From a bacterium (lineage in GTDB: Bacteria; RBG-13-61-14; DATKZS01), in contig CAXXFL010000001.1 in assembly GCA_963674965.2 (NCBI GenBank), positions 1,312,001 to 1,376,000 on the forward strand: a stretch of 64,000 nucleotides of DNA, in the 5' to 3' direction. This document shows, one piece after another, positions 48,494 through 59,387 of this stretch (its first letter is position 1; the number at the start of each line of letters is the position of its first letter). Under the pieces are notes generated by a model. It was given only the letters and a program-made list of their open reading frames with translations, was not told the origin of the DNA and did not search any database. A program made the translations under genes and the position numbers.

Positions 48494-50062
48494 TTAACAT
48501 TTATTCCGCAGAGTTTTAATGGCCGCGGGAATTTTTTTTATCACGTCCCCGGCGATCATTCCCTCCTCGCCCATCTCCTCGGCGGCCAGGTCGCCGGCCA
48601 GGCCGTGAAGATGAACGCCCACCGCCGCCGCCTTGTCCGGACCGAGGCCCTGGCAGAGGAGCCCGAGGATGACGCCCGTCAGCGCGTCGCCCGTTCCCCC
48701 CGTGGCCATGCCCGGGTTTCCCGTCAGGTTCACCATGGCCCCTCCCCCGGGAAGAGCCACTATCGTGCGCGCGCCCTTCAAGACCACGATGGCCCCGCTT
48801 TTCCCGGCGAAGGAAAGGGCCGCGCCGAAGCGGTCCGCCTGGACCTCCGCCGTCGTTACGCCCGTCAGCCTGGCCATCTCGCCGGGATGAGGCGTGAGGA
48901 TCACGGGCGCCTTGGCGGCCTCGAGCATGGACGGGTCCTCGGCGACCGCGTTCAGGCCGTCCGCGTCTATCACCAGGGGGACCTCGCATCTCGCGATGAC
49001 GGCCCGAGCGAAGTCCGTCACCCTCGGGCCGCGCCCTATCCCAGGGCCAAGGGCCGCGGCCGACTTGCCCTCCAGCGCCTCGAGGGCCGCCTCGACCGAG
49101 GCCCCGGAGAAAGTTCCCTCCTCGTCGGGCAAAGGCTGGGTCATGACCTCGAGGGTCGCGGCCTCGAGCGCCGCGTGAACGCCTCTCGGGCAAGCGACGG
49201 TGCATAGCCCGCACCCGGTCCTGAGGGCCGACTCTCCGGTCATGGCGGCGGCCCCCGCCTTGCCGGGCGACCCGGCCAGCACGAGGCCGTGTCCCACGCT
49301 TCCCTTATGGCTGTCCTCCTCCCTGCACGGGAAGTCCGGGGCAGCGATCTCCGAGGTTATCAGGCTATAGGGCACGTCATCGTAAAGGAAGGCGGGTATG
49401 GAGATGTCTATAACCGCCAGCGATCCCGACAGTGAAGCCCCGGGATAGCAAAGCTGGCCCGTCTTGAGCATGCCGAAGGTGGCCGCGGCGTCGGCCCGAA
49501 TGGCCGCGCCCATGATCTGGCCCGTGTCCGCGTTCATGCCGGAGGGCATATCCACGGCGAAGACGTTGACTTCGGGTTTCCGGGAGGACAGGTCGTTAAC
49601 GAACTCGATCATGATCCGGTAAAAGCCCTTGACCTCCTTGTCGATGCCCGTGCCCAGTATGGCGTCAACGATAAGGTCGGCCCGCTCGAAGACGTGGCGG
49701 TTGTCGTCGAGAAGGGCCGAGTCGCTCAACTCGAAGACGGGTCCGCCCATTTTGATGAGGGCCTCGAGGTTGGTTTTGGCGTCTCCCTTTATCTCGGCCT
49801 TCCTGGCCAGCACGAGGGTCGTGACCTCGACGCCCGCGTTGAGAAGGTGGCGGGCGATCACGTAGCCGTCGCCTCCGTTGTTGCCTTTGCCCGCCAGCAC
49901 CGCGGCTCGCCTGGGCGAGAACTCCTCCATGATGAACTCGAAGGCCCCTCGCCCGGCGTTTTCCATAAGGACTATGCCGGGCACGCCGTACTCTTCGATG
50001 GCTTTCCGGTCCATCTCCCTCATCATGGAGGCCGTGCCGATTTTATACTCGCTGGGGTTCAT
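48494..50062 (-). CDS. nnr: Bifunctional NAD(P)H-hydrate epimerase/dehydratase
   Basis: LMENAG, GKGNNGGDG, DAILGTG, DMPSG, IDADGLN, TPHPGEM, GGTGD. Confidence 0.95.
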   Translation of the reverse strand: MNPSEYKIGTASMMREMDRKAIEEYGVPGIVLMENAGRGAFEFIMEEFSPRRAAVLAGKGNNGGDGYVIARHLLNAGVEVTTLVLARKAEIKGDAKTNLEALIKMGGPVFELSDSALLDDNRHVFERADLIVDAILGTGIDKEVKGFYRIMIEFVNDLSSRKPEVNVFAVDMPSGMNADTGQIMGAAIRADAAATFGMLKTGQLCYPGASLSGSLAVIDISIPAFLYDDVPYSLITSEIAAPDFPCREEDSHKGSVGHGLVLAGSPGKAGAAAMTGESALRTGCGLCTVACPRGVHAALEAATLEVMTQPLPDEEGTFSGASVEAALEALEGKSAAALGPGIGRGPRVTDFARAVIARCEVPLVIDADGLNAVAEDPSMLEAAKAPVILTPHPGEMARLTGVTTAEVQADRFGAALSFAGKSGAIVVLKGARTIVALPGGGAMVNLTGNPGMATGGTGDALTGVILGLLCQGLGPDKAAAVGVHLHGLAGDLAAEEMGEEGMIAGDVIKKIPAAIKTLRNKC

Positions 50063-50099
50063 AATATCTTCTCCGGTCGCGCCGGGCCTTCCGGTCCGA

Positions 50100-50480
50100 T
50101 TACGCGCTTTCCGCCACCGCGTACGCCGCGGCCGCGTCTCCCTCGTGGGCGAGAGATACATGGAACCTGGTCACGCCAAGTTCCTCTGCCCGGGCCCTGG
50201 CCCCGCCTTGAAGAAGCACGCCCGGCCGGCCCGACTCCTCCCGGACCACCTCGATATCCTTGAACCTCACCGGTCCGCCCCAACCCGAGGCCAGCGCCTT
50301 CATCACCGCCTCCTTGGCCGCGAACCTGGCGGCGAAGCTCTGTCCCGGGTCGGGCCTCGAGAGGCAATAGGCCGTCTCCGCGTCGGTAAACACCCGGCGC
50401 GTGAACCTCTCCCCGAAGCGCTCGATGATCTCCCGGGTCCTGGACCTCGAGGCCAGGTCTATTCCGACGCCTACGATCAA
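50100..50480 (-). CDS. acpS: Holo-ACP synthase
   Basis: GVGID, RFAAKEA, VSLAH. Confidence 0.95.
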   Translation of the reverse strand: MIVGVGIDLASRSRTREIIERFGERFTRRVFTDAETAYCLSRPDPGQSFAARFAAKEAVMKALASGWGGPVRFKDIEVVREESGRPGVLLQGGARARAEELGVTRFHVSLAHEGDAAAAYAVAESA

Positions 50481-50489
50481 GGCCTTCTC

Positions 50490-51221
50490 CTAGGTCTTCC
50501 ATCCATTCAGAACGTCCTTCATCTCGCGCACGGCCTGGCCGAGGCCTACCAGCACGGCCCTCGAGACGATCGAGTGGCCGATGTTGTATTCCTCGATCTC
50601 CTTGATCGCCAGAAGCGGCGCCGTGTTCTTGTAATGGAGACCGTGCCCGGCGTGGACCCGAAGCCCCAGCTTCTTGGCCGTCTTGGCCGCGTTCACCAGG
50701 GCCTGGAACTCGCGCTCGACCATGCTCTCGCCGTCGGCGTCGCAGTAGCGTCCGGTGTGAAGCTCGACCGCCTCGGCGCCCGCCTTGTGGGAGGCCTTGA
50801 CCTGCTCGACGTCGGGATCGATAAAGAGGCTGACCATTACGTCGGCCTCCCTTAGCATCTGGACCGTCTTCTTGACGGCGTCGAGGTGAAGGTTCACGTC
50901 CAGGCCGCCCTCGGTGGTGACCTCCTCCCTACGCTCGGGGACCATGCAAACCGAGTAAGGCTGGATGAACATGGCAATCTTGACCATCTCCTGGGCGTTG
51001 GCCATCTCAAGGTTGAGACGCGTCTGGACCGTTTCCTTCAGTATCTTCACGTCCCGGTCGACGATGTGCCTCCGGTCCTCCCGAAGATGGACCGTGATCT
51101 GGTCCGCCCCCGCCAGCTCGGCGATGGCCGCGGCCGCCACCGGGTCGGGGTAGGGAACGTTGCCCCTGGCCTGCCTAAGAGTTGCCACGTGATCTATGTT
51201 TACTCCCAATCGCGGCGTCAC
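50490..51221 (-). CDS. pdxJ: Pyridoxine 5'-phosphate synthase
   Basis: [39 protein letters not shown]. Confidence 0.97.
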   Translation of the reverse strand: MTPRLGVNIDHVATLRQARGNVPYPDPVAAAAIAELAGADQITVHLREDRRHIVDRDVKILKETVQTRLNLEMANAQEMVKIAMFIQPYSVCMVPERREEVTTEGGLDVNLHLDAVKKTVQMLREADVMVSLFIDPDVEQVKASHKAGAEAVELHTGRYCDADGESMVEREFQALVNAAKTAKKLGLRVHAGHGLHYKNTAPLLAIKEIEEYNIGHSIVSRAVLVGLGQAVREMKDVLNGWKT

Positions 51222-51243
51222 TTCGCACCTCCCCTCACGGGAA

Positions 51244-52596
51244 TCACTTCCCGATCTCCTTTTTGATGTTGCCCGCTATCTCCCGGGCCAGCTTGTCGAT
51301 CTCCTTTTTATTCGGTCCCTCGATCATCACGCGGGCCAGCATCTCCGTGCCCGAGTACCGGACCAAAACCCTTCCCTTTTCGCCCAGCTTCTTCTCGGCC
51401 TTCTCGATGGAAAATTTGACCGAGTCGATCTCGTCCAGATTGGGCTTTTCCTTCACCGGAACGTTAAGAAGGACCTGGGGCGCCCGCTCGAGGATCATGG
51501 CCAGCTCGGAAAGCTTGCGACCCTTCCGGATCATGATCGAGAGTATCTGGAGGGCGCTGATAATGCCGTCTCCCGTGGTCGAGTGGTCCATGAAGACCAG
51601 GTGGCCAGACTGCTCGCCGCCGAAGTTGAAGCTCCTGGCCCTCATCTCCTCGACAACGTAGCGGTCCCCCACCCGGACCCTCTCCATCTTGCCGCCCAGC
51701 TTCTTGATAAGCATGTCCAGGCCCACGTTGCTCATCACCGTCGAGACCAGGGTCTTCTTCTTCAGCTTCTTGCCGGCCAGCATCTCGGCCGCGATGATGG
51801 CCATGACCGCGTCGCCGTCGATCACCGCCCCGTTCTCGTCCACGAAAATGACCCGGTCGGCGTCCCCGTCCAGGGCCACGCCCAGGTTGGCCTTGTGCTT
51901 GACCACCAGCCGGCTGAGCTGCTCGGGGAAAAGGGCCCCGCAGTTTTTGTTGATGTTCTCGCCGTTGGGCTCGACCCCGCAGGTTATCACCTCGGCCCCC
52001 AGCTCACGGAAGATTATGGGGGCGACCTTGTAGGCCGCGCCGTTGGCGCAATCGAGAACTATCTTGATCCCCTCCATGTCCAGGTCGTTGGGAAAGGTGT
52101 TCTTGCAGTGCACGATGTAGCGGCCGGCCGCGTCGTCGATCCTCTTTGACTTCCCTATCTCGTTGGCCGTGGGCCGCAGGGCGTCGATCTTACCCGAGAA
52201 GATCAGGTCCTCGATCCTCTCCTCGTCCTCGTCGGGAAGCTTGAAGCCGTCGCGAGAGAAAATCTTGATCCCGTTGTCCTGGAAAGGATTGTGGGAGGCG
52301 CTCAGCATTATTCCGGCGTCGCAGCGCATGCTGACGGTGAGAAAGGCGATGGCCGGCGTGGGCAGCGGCCCGATCAGCAGCACGTCCACCCCCATCGAGT
52401 TGATACCCGAGGCCAGGGCCTGCTCGAGCATGTAGCCCGAAATCCGGGTGTCCTTGCCGATAAGTATCCTGTGCCGCCGCTTCGAGTTCTTGAAAATATA
52501 AGCGGTGGCCCTCCCTATCTGAATGGCCATCTCCGAGGTAAGGGGAGGAACGTTGGCCACGCCCCTTACTCCGTCGGTACCGAAAAGCTGTCTCAT
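51244..52596 (-). CDS. glmM: Phosphoglucosamine mutase
   Basis: [33 protein letters not shown]. Confidence 0.97.
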   Translation of the reverse strand: MRQLFGTDGVRGVANVPPLTSEMAIQIGRATAYIFKNSKRRHRILIGKDTRISGYMLEQALASGINSMGVDVLLIGPLPTPAIAFLTVSMRCDAGIMLSASHNPFQDNGIKIFSRDGFKLPDEDEERIEDLIFSGKIDALRPTANEIGKSKRIDDAAGRYIVHCKNTFPNDLDMEGIKIVLDCANGAAYKVAPIIFRELGAEVITCGVEPNGENINKNCGALFPEQLSRLVVKHKANLGVALDGDADRVIFVDENGAVIDGDAVMAIIAAEMLAGKKLKKKTLVSTVMSNVGLDMLIKKLGGKMERVRVGDRYVVEEMRARSFNFGGEQSGHLVFMDHSTTGDGIISALQILSIMIRKGRKLSELAMILERAPQVLLNVPVKEKPNLDEIDSVKFSIEKAEKKLGEKGRVLVRYSGTEMLARVMIEGPNKKEIDKLAREIAGNIKKEIGK

Positions 52597-52609
52597 GGCT
52601 ATTCCCTTT

Positions 52610-53824
52610 TCAATTGTCTTTGTGGCCGTAAGCCACGGCCCAGGCCATGTCGGCGTAGGGCTTCACGCCCAGGGGATCGTGAAGCCGGAATATGTGCGCC
52701 CCTCCCAGCACGCCCGCCGCGGTGACCGCCGCGGTGCCGGCGAACCTCTCGCCGATATCCGCGCCCAGGGTCTTTCCGATAAAGGACTTGTTCGAGTGGG
52801 CCAGCATGATCGGCCTTCCCAGGGTCCGGAGCCTCCAGACGTCCCTTATCAGCTCGAGGTTGTGCCCGAGGGTCTTGCCGAACCCGATGCCGGGGTCGAC
52901 GATTATCTTGTCTTCCGCCACGCCCGCGGCCAGGGCCCGGTCCATGCGCTCGCTCAGATACCCTATGACCTCGCTGAAGAGGTCCTCGTAGCGCGGGTCC
53001 TTCTGCATGGTCCTGGGCGTGCCCAGCATGTGCATGAGGCAAAGGGCCGCGCCCGCGTCCGCCGCCACCCGGGCCATTTCGGGGTCGGCCAGGGCGGAAA
53101 CGTCGTTTATCATGGCGGCCCCCGCCTCGACGGCTTTCCGGGCCACTCCGGCCTTTTGCGTGTCGATCGAGATCATCACGCCCGGCGCGGCCAGTCCCTC
53201 GATGACCGGCAGGACCCGAGACAACTCCTCTTCCTCGCTCACCGGGTCCGAGCCCGGACGGGTGCTCTCGCCCCCCACGTCCAGGATCGAGACGCCGCCG
53301 GCGAGAAACTTCTTTCCCTGCCCGATCGCGTCCTCCGCGGCGAAGTGCCTGCCGCCGTCGTAAAAGGAATCGGGCGTGCAGTTGATTATACCCATCAGGA
53401 CCGGACCGTCGCCCAGGACCAGGTCGCCTGCCGGAGTGGGCACGATAAAGCGCCTCCTCTCAGACCTGGCCGAAAGCTCGGTCAGGGACGAGGCGAGCGC
53501 CAAGTCCGCCTCCCCTCCCTCGCCCAGGAGCCGCGCCGCGGAATTGATGTGGTCCGCCAAGCCCATTAAAAGGACGTCGGTGGCCTCGGCCTTGCCCGAA
53601 TAGGCGCCGCTGGACACGGCCGCGTCGGCCCCCACCTGGACCATGACTTTTTTAAGGGCCATGGCCCGGGAGACGGGCACGTTTTTGAGCTTAATCTGGA
53701 GGTACCTGGCCTTGGGGACCATGGCGGCCACGCCGCCTTCTCCCGACCCTATCTCTTCCATCATTCGCCGCGCGTGATCCTCACCCCTCGCGGCGCAAAG
53801 ATGGGCATTGTAACTTAACCCCAT
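52610..53824 (-). CDS. folP: Dihydropteroate synthase with N-terminal extension
   Basis: [40 protein letters not shown]. Confidence 0.95.
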   Translation of the reverse strand: MGLSYNAHLCAARGEDHARRMMEEIGSGEGGVAAMVPKARYLQIKLKNVPVSRAMALKKVMVQVGADAAVSSGAYSGKAEATDVLLMGLADHINSAARLLGEGGEADLALASSLTELSARSERRRFIVPTPAGDLVLGDGPVLMGIINCTPDSFYDGGRHFAAEDAIGQGKKFLAGGVSILDVGGESTRPGSDPVSEEEELSRVLPVIEGLAAPGVMISIDTQKAGVARKAVEAGAAMINDVSALADPEMARVAADAGAALCLMHMLGTPRTMQKDPRYEDLFSEVIGYLSERMDRALAAGVAEDKIIVDPGIGFGKTLGHNLELIRDVWRLRTLGRPIMLAHSNKSFIGKTLGADIGERFAGTAAVTAAGVLGGAHIFRLHDPLGVKPYADMAWAVAYGHKDN

Positions 53825-54329
53825 ACCGGAACCTTGCCGTATTAAAATGATATTTGAAAGCAATTATTTAGAATATCCTTACCCTTCGCCCAAGTCAAGC
53901 CGAAATGCCGACGGATCAACCTGAATTGATGCCCGTTTAGGCCTTCCGAGGGCTTTTCCAGCTTAAACCGGAAAAAGATGACAGCCTTTCAATAGCCGCC
54001 CGAATTTGCGCCATTTCCCGGCGATAAACGCGTCGAGATGTTGACGCCCACCTCGAATATATTGCCACTCACGGATTCCTCTTCCTGAAAGCCTGACTAT
54101 GAGAGATAAAAAAGAACAAATATTCGGCCACTTAAAACTTTTAACCTGACCCTTTGAATACGGAGGCCTTCGGCGCCGTCTTTGCTCGATAGAAATATGA
54201 AGAAATACCTTGATTTCTTGAAATCGAGAATCAATCCGCTTTTACGCCGACAACGGCAAGATACGAGGATCGAAATGCTCTTCTTTTTTGCCGGGCCGCG
54301 AGAAGCGGGAAAAAAATGGGAGGCCGTGT

Positions 54330-57300
54330 ATGCACATTTTTCTCATCAGCGTTTGCCTTGACGCCAAGGATTACGTGGGACGATGCATCGAGAGCGTAAA
54401 AATCCAGACCCATGAGGACTGGAGCATGCTCATCGTTGTGGACGACTCGGCCGAACATGAAGGCGCCAGGCTTACCCTCGAGGCTGCCGGGAAAGAAGCG
54501 GCCGGCGATAAGCGGATCAAGGTGATCGGTTCTCCCGGCCGGCGCTACGCCTTAAGGAACCGAGTCGAGGGCATTGATCGATATTGCCCGCACGACGCGG
54601 TGGTGGCCAAGCTCGACGCCGACGACTATCTCTCCGACCCCGGCGCTCTCGCCGCGATAAGCGAACGATACGATAGGGACCCCGAATTGGACGCCCTCTG
54701 GACCCAGTTCGTGACCGACAAGGGAGAGAGAGGATTCTGCCGGGACATGCCCTCGGAGGCCGACGCGGCGGACTATAAATGGGTGACCTCCCACATGCAG
54801 ACCTTCCGCAAGAGACTCCTTTGGGGAGTCGGCAGGGAGGTATTCCTCGAGAATGGGGACGACTGGTGGAAGACCGCCACCGACCAGGCCCTTTACCTTC
54901 CCCTTTTGAACCTGGCGAAAAAAAGGACCTTCCTAAACCGGGTCTGCTACGTTTACCGGACCGGGGTTGGAACGAACAAGTCCGATGAGCAGCTCGAGGC
55001 CGAGCGGGGCATAAGGAGGGCCGTGAAAAAGGACAAAGTTGGGACTTCCCGGAACGTCTTGTTCCTGGTCAGCGGACCGGGCCACTCGCCCGACCGCCGC
55101 TTCTGGCAGGGAGAGCGCCGCGCTCCCATCGGCATCCTTTCCATGTCCGCTCACCTTCGGGCGCGCGGCCACTCGGTCAGGCTTTTCGACCGGTTCCTGG
55201 ATCCGAGCGTTTTCCCGCCGGACCAAGACCTTCTCGATTGGGCCGACGTCGTCGGCGTTTACGTTTCGACGCCCAACGTGAAGGACGGGGAATGGATACT
55301 GGGCGAGGTCCGGCGCAAGGGCTTCAAGGGAAACCTTTTGGCCGGCGGTCCCCATTCCGTTCTTTATCCGGACCAGATACTCGGGTGGGGGGCGGATTTC
55401 GCGGCGACCTTCGAGAGCGACTTCGCCATATCCAAGCTGGTCGAGAACAAGCTCGACCTGTTGCCTCCCAAACGGCTCGATTATCTGGACGCCCTGCCCT
55501 TTCCCGACTATCACCTCGTCCGCTCTCAGGGCATCGAGTACATTGACTGGTGGCCCTTCGGTCCGCACAAGCCGGTCATGAACCTCAACACCTCGAGGGG
55601 CTGCCCCTTCAACTGCGCCTTTTGCGACCAGCGCGCCATCTGGGGCCGCAAGTGGACGGGGCAAAGCGCCGAGCGGGTGGTTCTAGACGTTGATTATATT
55701 CAGCGGGAGTTCGGGGCGGCGGCGGTCTACTTCCGGGAGGACAATTTTGGATGCGATCCGAGGCGTCTGGTTTCATTTTGCGAGTCGATGAAGTCTCGAG
55801 TCGAGTCCGGCGTATCTCCTCTATACTGGGCCTGCGAGGTCCGGGCCGACAGGGGCAAGGACGCCGACCTGGTAAAGTTGATGGCCGAGGCCGGCTGCCG
55901 AGGCTTTTACGTGGGGGCCGAGTCGGGCAGCGACGCCATGTTAAAGAGGATGCAAAAGGGCATCACGGCGGACCAGATCGAGGCCACCTGCGATAATGCG
56001 CGCGCTCACGGCGTTCATGTGGCCTTGAGCCTTATCGACGGCTTTCCCGGGGAGACCGAGGAGGACGTGAAGCTGACGGACGCCTTGATCGAGCGGGCCC
56101 GTCCCGCTCACGTATGGCGCAACAAGTACCGCCGCCCGGTCGAGGTGGCCCCGTCCCCGAGCGAGCGCCGGTCCTTTGACCTTGAGGCCCCCGTGATCGG
56201 CGGCGATTACTCGGGCGAGACCTTCATCGAGGAGAGGGGAGCGCGGAACCTGGCGGAGATGACGGCGGGCGTTCGCCTCGAGGAGGGCCATCGGGTGCTC
56301 GAGGTGTCAGCGGCGGGACCGCGCATGGCGGAAAAGATCGAGGCCGCCCATCCCGGCGTCGAGACCATCGTGGCCATGACCTCCTCCTCCATGCTCGAGT
56401 ACGCCAGGAACCGCTCGGCCTTTAAGGGCAAGCTCATCCCCTTGAACGGCGCGCGCCTGAGCGTGGCCGAGAACAGGATCGACTTCGCCTATTCCTTTTC
56501 CGGCCTCGAGTTCCTGGGCAAGGAAAAGGCCTACCAGACCCTGAAGGACATTAAAAGGGCGCTGACTCCCGGCGGCTTGCTCCGGTTCTGCGTGCCCGAC
56601 CTTTCCCATCCGCGCGTGGCCGGGGAGATGAAGGAGGGGCAAGGAGGGCCGGACGATTTTTCCGCCGCCCATCCCGCAGGCTGTTACCTGAAGGAGGAGC
56701 TTGAGGCCTGGTCGCGTCTCCTGGGCTTCGAGGAGGTTGAGGTCTCCAGGTTCGATCCCATGGAGGAAATGGTGGGCGAGCCGGAGACGCCGGGCCATTA
56801 TCTTAAGGTGACCTGGCGAAAGCCCGGGCGCGGCTCGGCGGCGGCCGCCGGCGCGGACGATCTAAAGGTTTCGCTTATCGTGGTGGGGGCCGGGGACGAC
56901 CATGAGGCCCCGGCGCTCGAGTCCATGGTGGCGGCCAAGCTTCCATCCTCCCGTTTCGAGATGGTCTGGGCCGGTCCCCGGGACAAGGAGCCCCAGATCG
57001 TCTCGGAAAATGGAGGGATCGTCGCCGCGCCGGTCGGAGAGGACAAGGCCGGCCACTTCGGCAAGATGGCCAACGAGGGCGCCAGGCGAAGCTCGGGCGA
57101 CCTCCTCGTCTTTATAGATTACCGCCTCCAGGACGTACGAGACCTGATCGGCCGCGTGGTCGCCCTCCACTCCTCGGACCCCAGGCTGACAACGGCCAGG
57201 CGGGCCTCGGGAAAAGCCGCGACCGGCTCGGCGCGGTCGGTGTCCAGGCGGTGGTTCATCGAGACCAACGGCTTCAGCGAGCTTCCCGAGCTGTCCGGAT

Positions 57301-57506
57301 CGAGGGAAGCGGGGCTTGAATTCTGGCAGAGGCTCGTCAACCTGGGCCTCAACCATAAATGGGTCCTTGCCGAAGCTGACGGCGACGAGACCGGAGAGAC
57401 GGGCGAGGGTCCGGACTTGGTTCGCGATCATTACTTCGAGGAATTTCTGGGGCACGTGGCCGCTTCCGGCTCGAGCCGGGCGGCCAGGGGCTTAAGGTCA
57501 AGATAA
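54330..57506 (+). CDS. Multidomain GT2 glycosyltransferase / B12-binding radical SAM / class I methyltransferase-like / GT2-like fusion
   Basis: DDS and LDADD (GT-A); PIGILS...GGPH (B12-binding); TSRGCPFNCAFC, GAESGS, GFPGET (radical SAM); LTPGG (MTase-like); ANEGARRSSGDLLVFID. Confidence 0.85.
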   Translation: MHIFLISVCLDAKDYVGRCIESVKIQTHEDWSMLIVVDDSAEHEGARLTLEAAGKEAAGDKRIKVIGSPGRRYALRNRVEGIDRYCPHDAVVAKLDADDYLSDPGALAAISERYDRDPELDALWTQFVTDKGERGFCRDMPSEADAADYKWVTSHMQTFRKRLLWGVGREVFLENGDDWWKTATDQALYLPLLNLAKKRTFLNRVCYVYRTGVGTNKSDEQLEAERGIRRAVKKDKVGTSRNVLFLVSGPGHSPDRRFWQGERRAPIGILSMSAHLRARGHSVRLFDRFLDPSVFPPDQDLLDWADVVGVYVSTPNVKDGEWILGEVRRKGFKGNLLAGGPHSVLYPDQILGWGADFAATFESDFAISKLVENKLDLLPPKRLDYLDALPFPDYHLVRSQGIEYIDWWPFGPHKPVMNLNTSRGCPFNCAFCDQRAIWGRKWTGQSAERVVLDVDYIQREFGAAAVYFREDNFGCDPRRLVSFCESMKSRVESGVSPLYWACEVRADRGKDADLVKLMAEAGCRGFYVGAESGSDAMLKRMQKGITADQIEATCDNARAHGVHVALSLIDGFPGETEEDVKLTDALIERARPAHVWRNKYRRPVEVAPSPSERRSFDLEAPVIGGDYSGETFIEERGARNLAEMTAGVRLEEGHRVLEVSAAGPRMAEKIEAAHPGVETIVAMTSSSMLEYARNRSAFKGKLIPLNGARLSVAENRIDFAYSFSGLEFLGKEKAYQTLKDIKRALTPGGLLRFCVPDLSHPRVAGEMKEGQGGPDDFSAAHPAGCYLKEELEAWSRLLGFEEVEVSRFDPMEEMVGEPETPGHYLKVTWRKPGRGSAAAAGADDLKVSLIVVGAGDDHEAPALESMVAAKLPSSRFEMVWAGPRDKEPQIVSENGGIVAAPVGEDKAGHFGKMANEGARRSSGDLLVFIDYRLQDVRDLIGRVVALHSSDPRLTTARRASGKAATGSARSVSRRWFIETNGFSELPELSGSREAGLEFWQRLVNLGLNHKWVLAEADGDETGETGEGPDLVRDHYFEEFLGHVAASGSSRAARGLRSR

Positions 57507-57542
57507 GGAACGTCCGCGATAAATTACTATCGGAGGAGACCA

Positions 57543-59378
57543 ATGAAGAAAAAACCGTTTAACGATCTTTACAGGTTCGCGGCCAACTCCGCGCTTGGTC
57601 TTGGCGCGAGAAAAATAATCGACGTGGGCGGCGGCGTCCCCGATCCGCTTCGGGGTTTTTATCCGAGGCTCGAGACCGTCTGCCTTTGCTCGAGGGACCG
57701 GGCGGCCGGTATCGAGGCGGTCTTCCCCGAGGCCGTCATTAGGGAACTTTCGCCCGGCCGAGGCCTGGAAGGGATAAAGGACGAGGAAATTGTCGAGTCC
57801 CTGCTTTTGTGCCTCGATCTTCCCGACGAGGAGGAAAGCCGCCGTCTCATGCTTCGAGATATCCGGGAGGCCGCGGGAAAAGCCGTTGGCGCGATCATCG
57901 GCGCGAAGGCTGGCGGGGCCTTTTCCGACACGGCTGGTTTCGAGCGGGAGCTTGAGGAGGCGGGCCTGACCGCTAGCTTCCTTGGCCGGGCCAGGGCGGA
58001 GTCGAGCCAAAAGGACCGCTTCGTGGCCATCGTCGAAAAAGACGCGGCCAAGGCCCATGCCAAGGCGCCTGACGACTTCAAAGTCATGGCCATCATGACG
58101 GCCTACAACGAGGAGGACGTAATCGAGGCCAGCATCGGGAAGCTTATCGCCCAGGGCGTCGAGGTCTATCTGATTGACAACTGGTCCACCGACGCCACGG
58201 CCGAGCGGGCCGAGCGTTATCTGGGACATGGCCTCGCGGGCCTGGAAAAGTTTCCCCCCCAGGGACCGCCGCCCTATTATGAGTGGGGCCGCCTCTTGGG
58301 CCGGGTGGAGGAGTTGTCTTCCACCCTCGAGGCCGACTGGTTCATCCATCACGACGCGGACGAGGCGCGGCTCTCCCCCTGGCCGGGCGTGAGCCTGAGA
58401 GACGGCCTTTACCGCGTCGACGCCATGGGCTATAACGCCATCGATCACGCGGTCCTGAATTTCCAGCCCACCGGCGAGGGCTTTCCCAACGGCGCCGATT
58501 TCGAGGCCCATCTCAATTATTTCGAGTTCGGCGGGTTCGCGGGCCATTTCAACCAGAAGAAGGCCTGGAAGGATCTGGGTTATAAAGTCGACCTCCGCTC
58601 GACCGCGGGGCACGAGGTCAAGTTCCCGGGCAGAAAGGTCTACCCCTTCCATTTTCTGCTCAAGCACTATCCCGCGCGCTCGGCCGAGCACGGGGAGAGG
58701 AAGGTCTTTCACGACCGCAAGGCCAGGTGGGACCCCGCCGAGCGGGCGGCGGGCTGGCATTCCCATTACGACGCCATCGGGAAAGGACACGAGTTCACGC
58801 GCGACCCGGCGACGTTGATCGAGTTCGACTCGTGCTCCTTTCACGAGGAATTCCTCCTCGAGCGCCTGTCGGGCATAGGCGTGAAAAGCGCCCTCCCGGC
58901 GCGGGCAAGCGATAACAACGAGGACCACCGGCAAGAGGCCGGACGGACGGCCGCGGGCGGCATGTTTTTCAATTGCAGCGGCGCGCTTCAATCGCGGATC
59001 GACGAGGCCACGCGGCTGGCGCAAGAGGGAAGGCTCGAGGAGGCCGCGGCCGGTTTCGAGTCCGTCTCGCGCTCGGCTCCGGACCTTGTGGATATCTATC
59101 CGGTCCTTTGCGACCTATATCTGGCCATGGGCAGGGCGGACCTTCCCCGCTCGTGGATCGTGGCCGCTGCGGCCGTTTCCCCGGAGGCGGCCTCGACCTT
59201 CGTCGAGGTGGGGGTGAGGCTGTTCCTGGAGGGACTGGTTCGTCCGGCCATCAAGACGTTGTCCTCGGTGGTGGAGGCCGACCCCGACAACAAGGCGGCG
59301 TGGAAGGACCTGGCGGCCATATTCCACGCGGTGGGACGGACGGACAACTCGGGCAGGTGCATGGCCCGGGCCAGGTAA
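57543..59378 (+). CDS. Glycosyltransferase family 2 protein with degenerate MTase-like N-terminus and C-terminal TPRs
   Basis: AYNEED, DNWSTD, HHDADE, LKHY; TPR-like helices at the C-terminus. Confidence 0.85.
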   Translation: MKKKPFNDLYRFAANSALGLGARKIIDVGGGVPDPLRGFYPRLETVCLCSRDRAAGIEAVFPEAVIRELSPGRGLEGIKDEEIVESLLLCLDLPDEEESRRLMLRDIREAAGKAVGAIIGAKAGGAFSDTAGFERELEEAGLTASFLGRARAESSQKDRFVAIVEKDAAKAHAKAPDDFKVMAIMTAYNEEDVIEASIGKLIAQGVEVYLIDNWSTDATAERAERYLGHGLAGLEKFPPQGPPPYYEWGRLLGRVEELSSTLEADWFIHHDADEARLSPWPGVSLRDGLYRVDAMGYNAIDHAVLNFQPTGEGFPNGADFEAHLNYFEFGGFAGHFNQKKAWKDLGYKVDLRSTAGHEVKFPGRKVYPFHFLLKHYPARSAEHGERKVFHDRKARWDPAERAAGWHSHYDAIGKGHEFTRDPATLIEFDSCSFHEEFLLERLSGIGVKSALPARASDNNEDHRQEAGRTAAGGMFFNCSGALQSRIDEATRLAQEGRLEEAAAGFESVSRSAPDLVDIYPVLCDLYLAMGRADLPRSWIVAAAAVSPEAASTFVEVGVRLFLEGLVRPAIKTLSSVVEADPDNKAAWKDLAAIFHAVGRTDNSGRCMARAR

Positions 59379-59387
59379 AGGCCGGGT

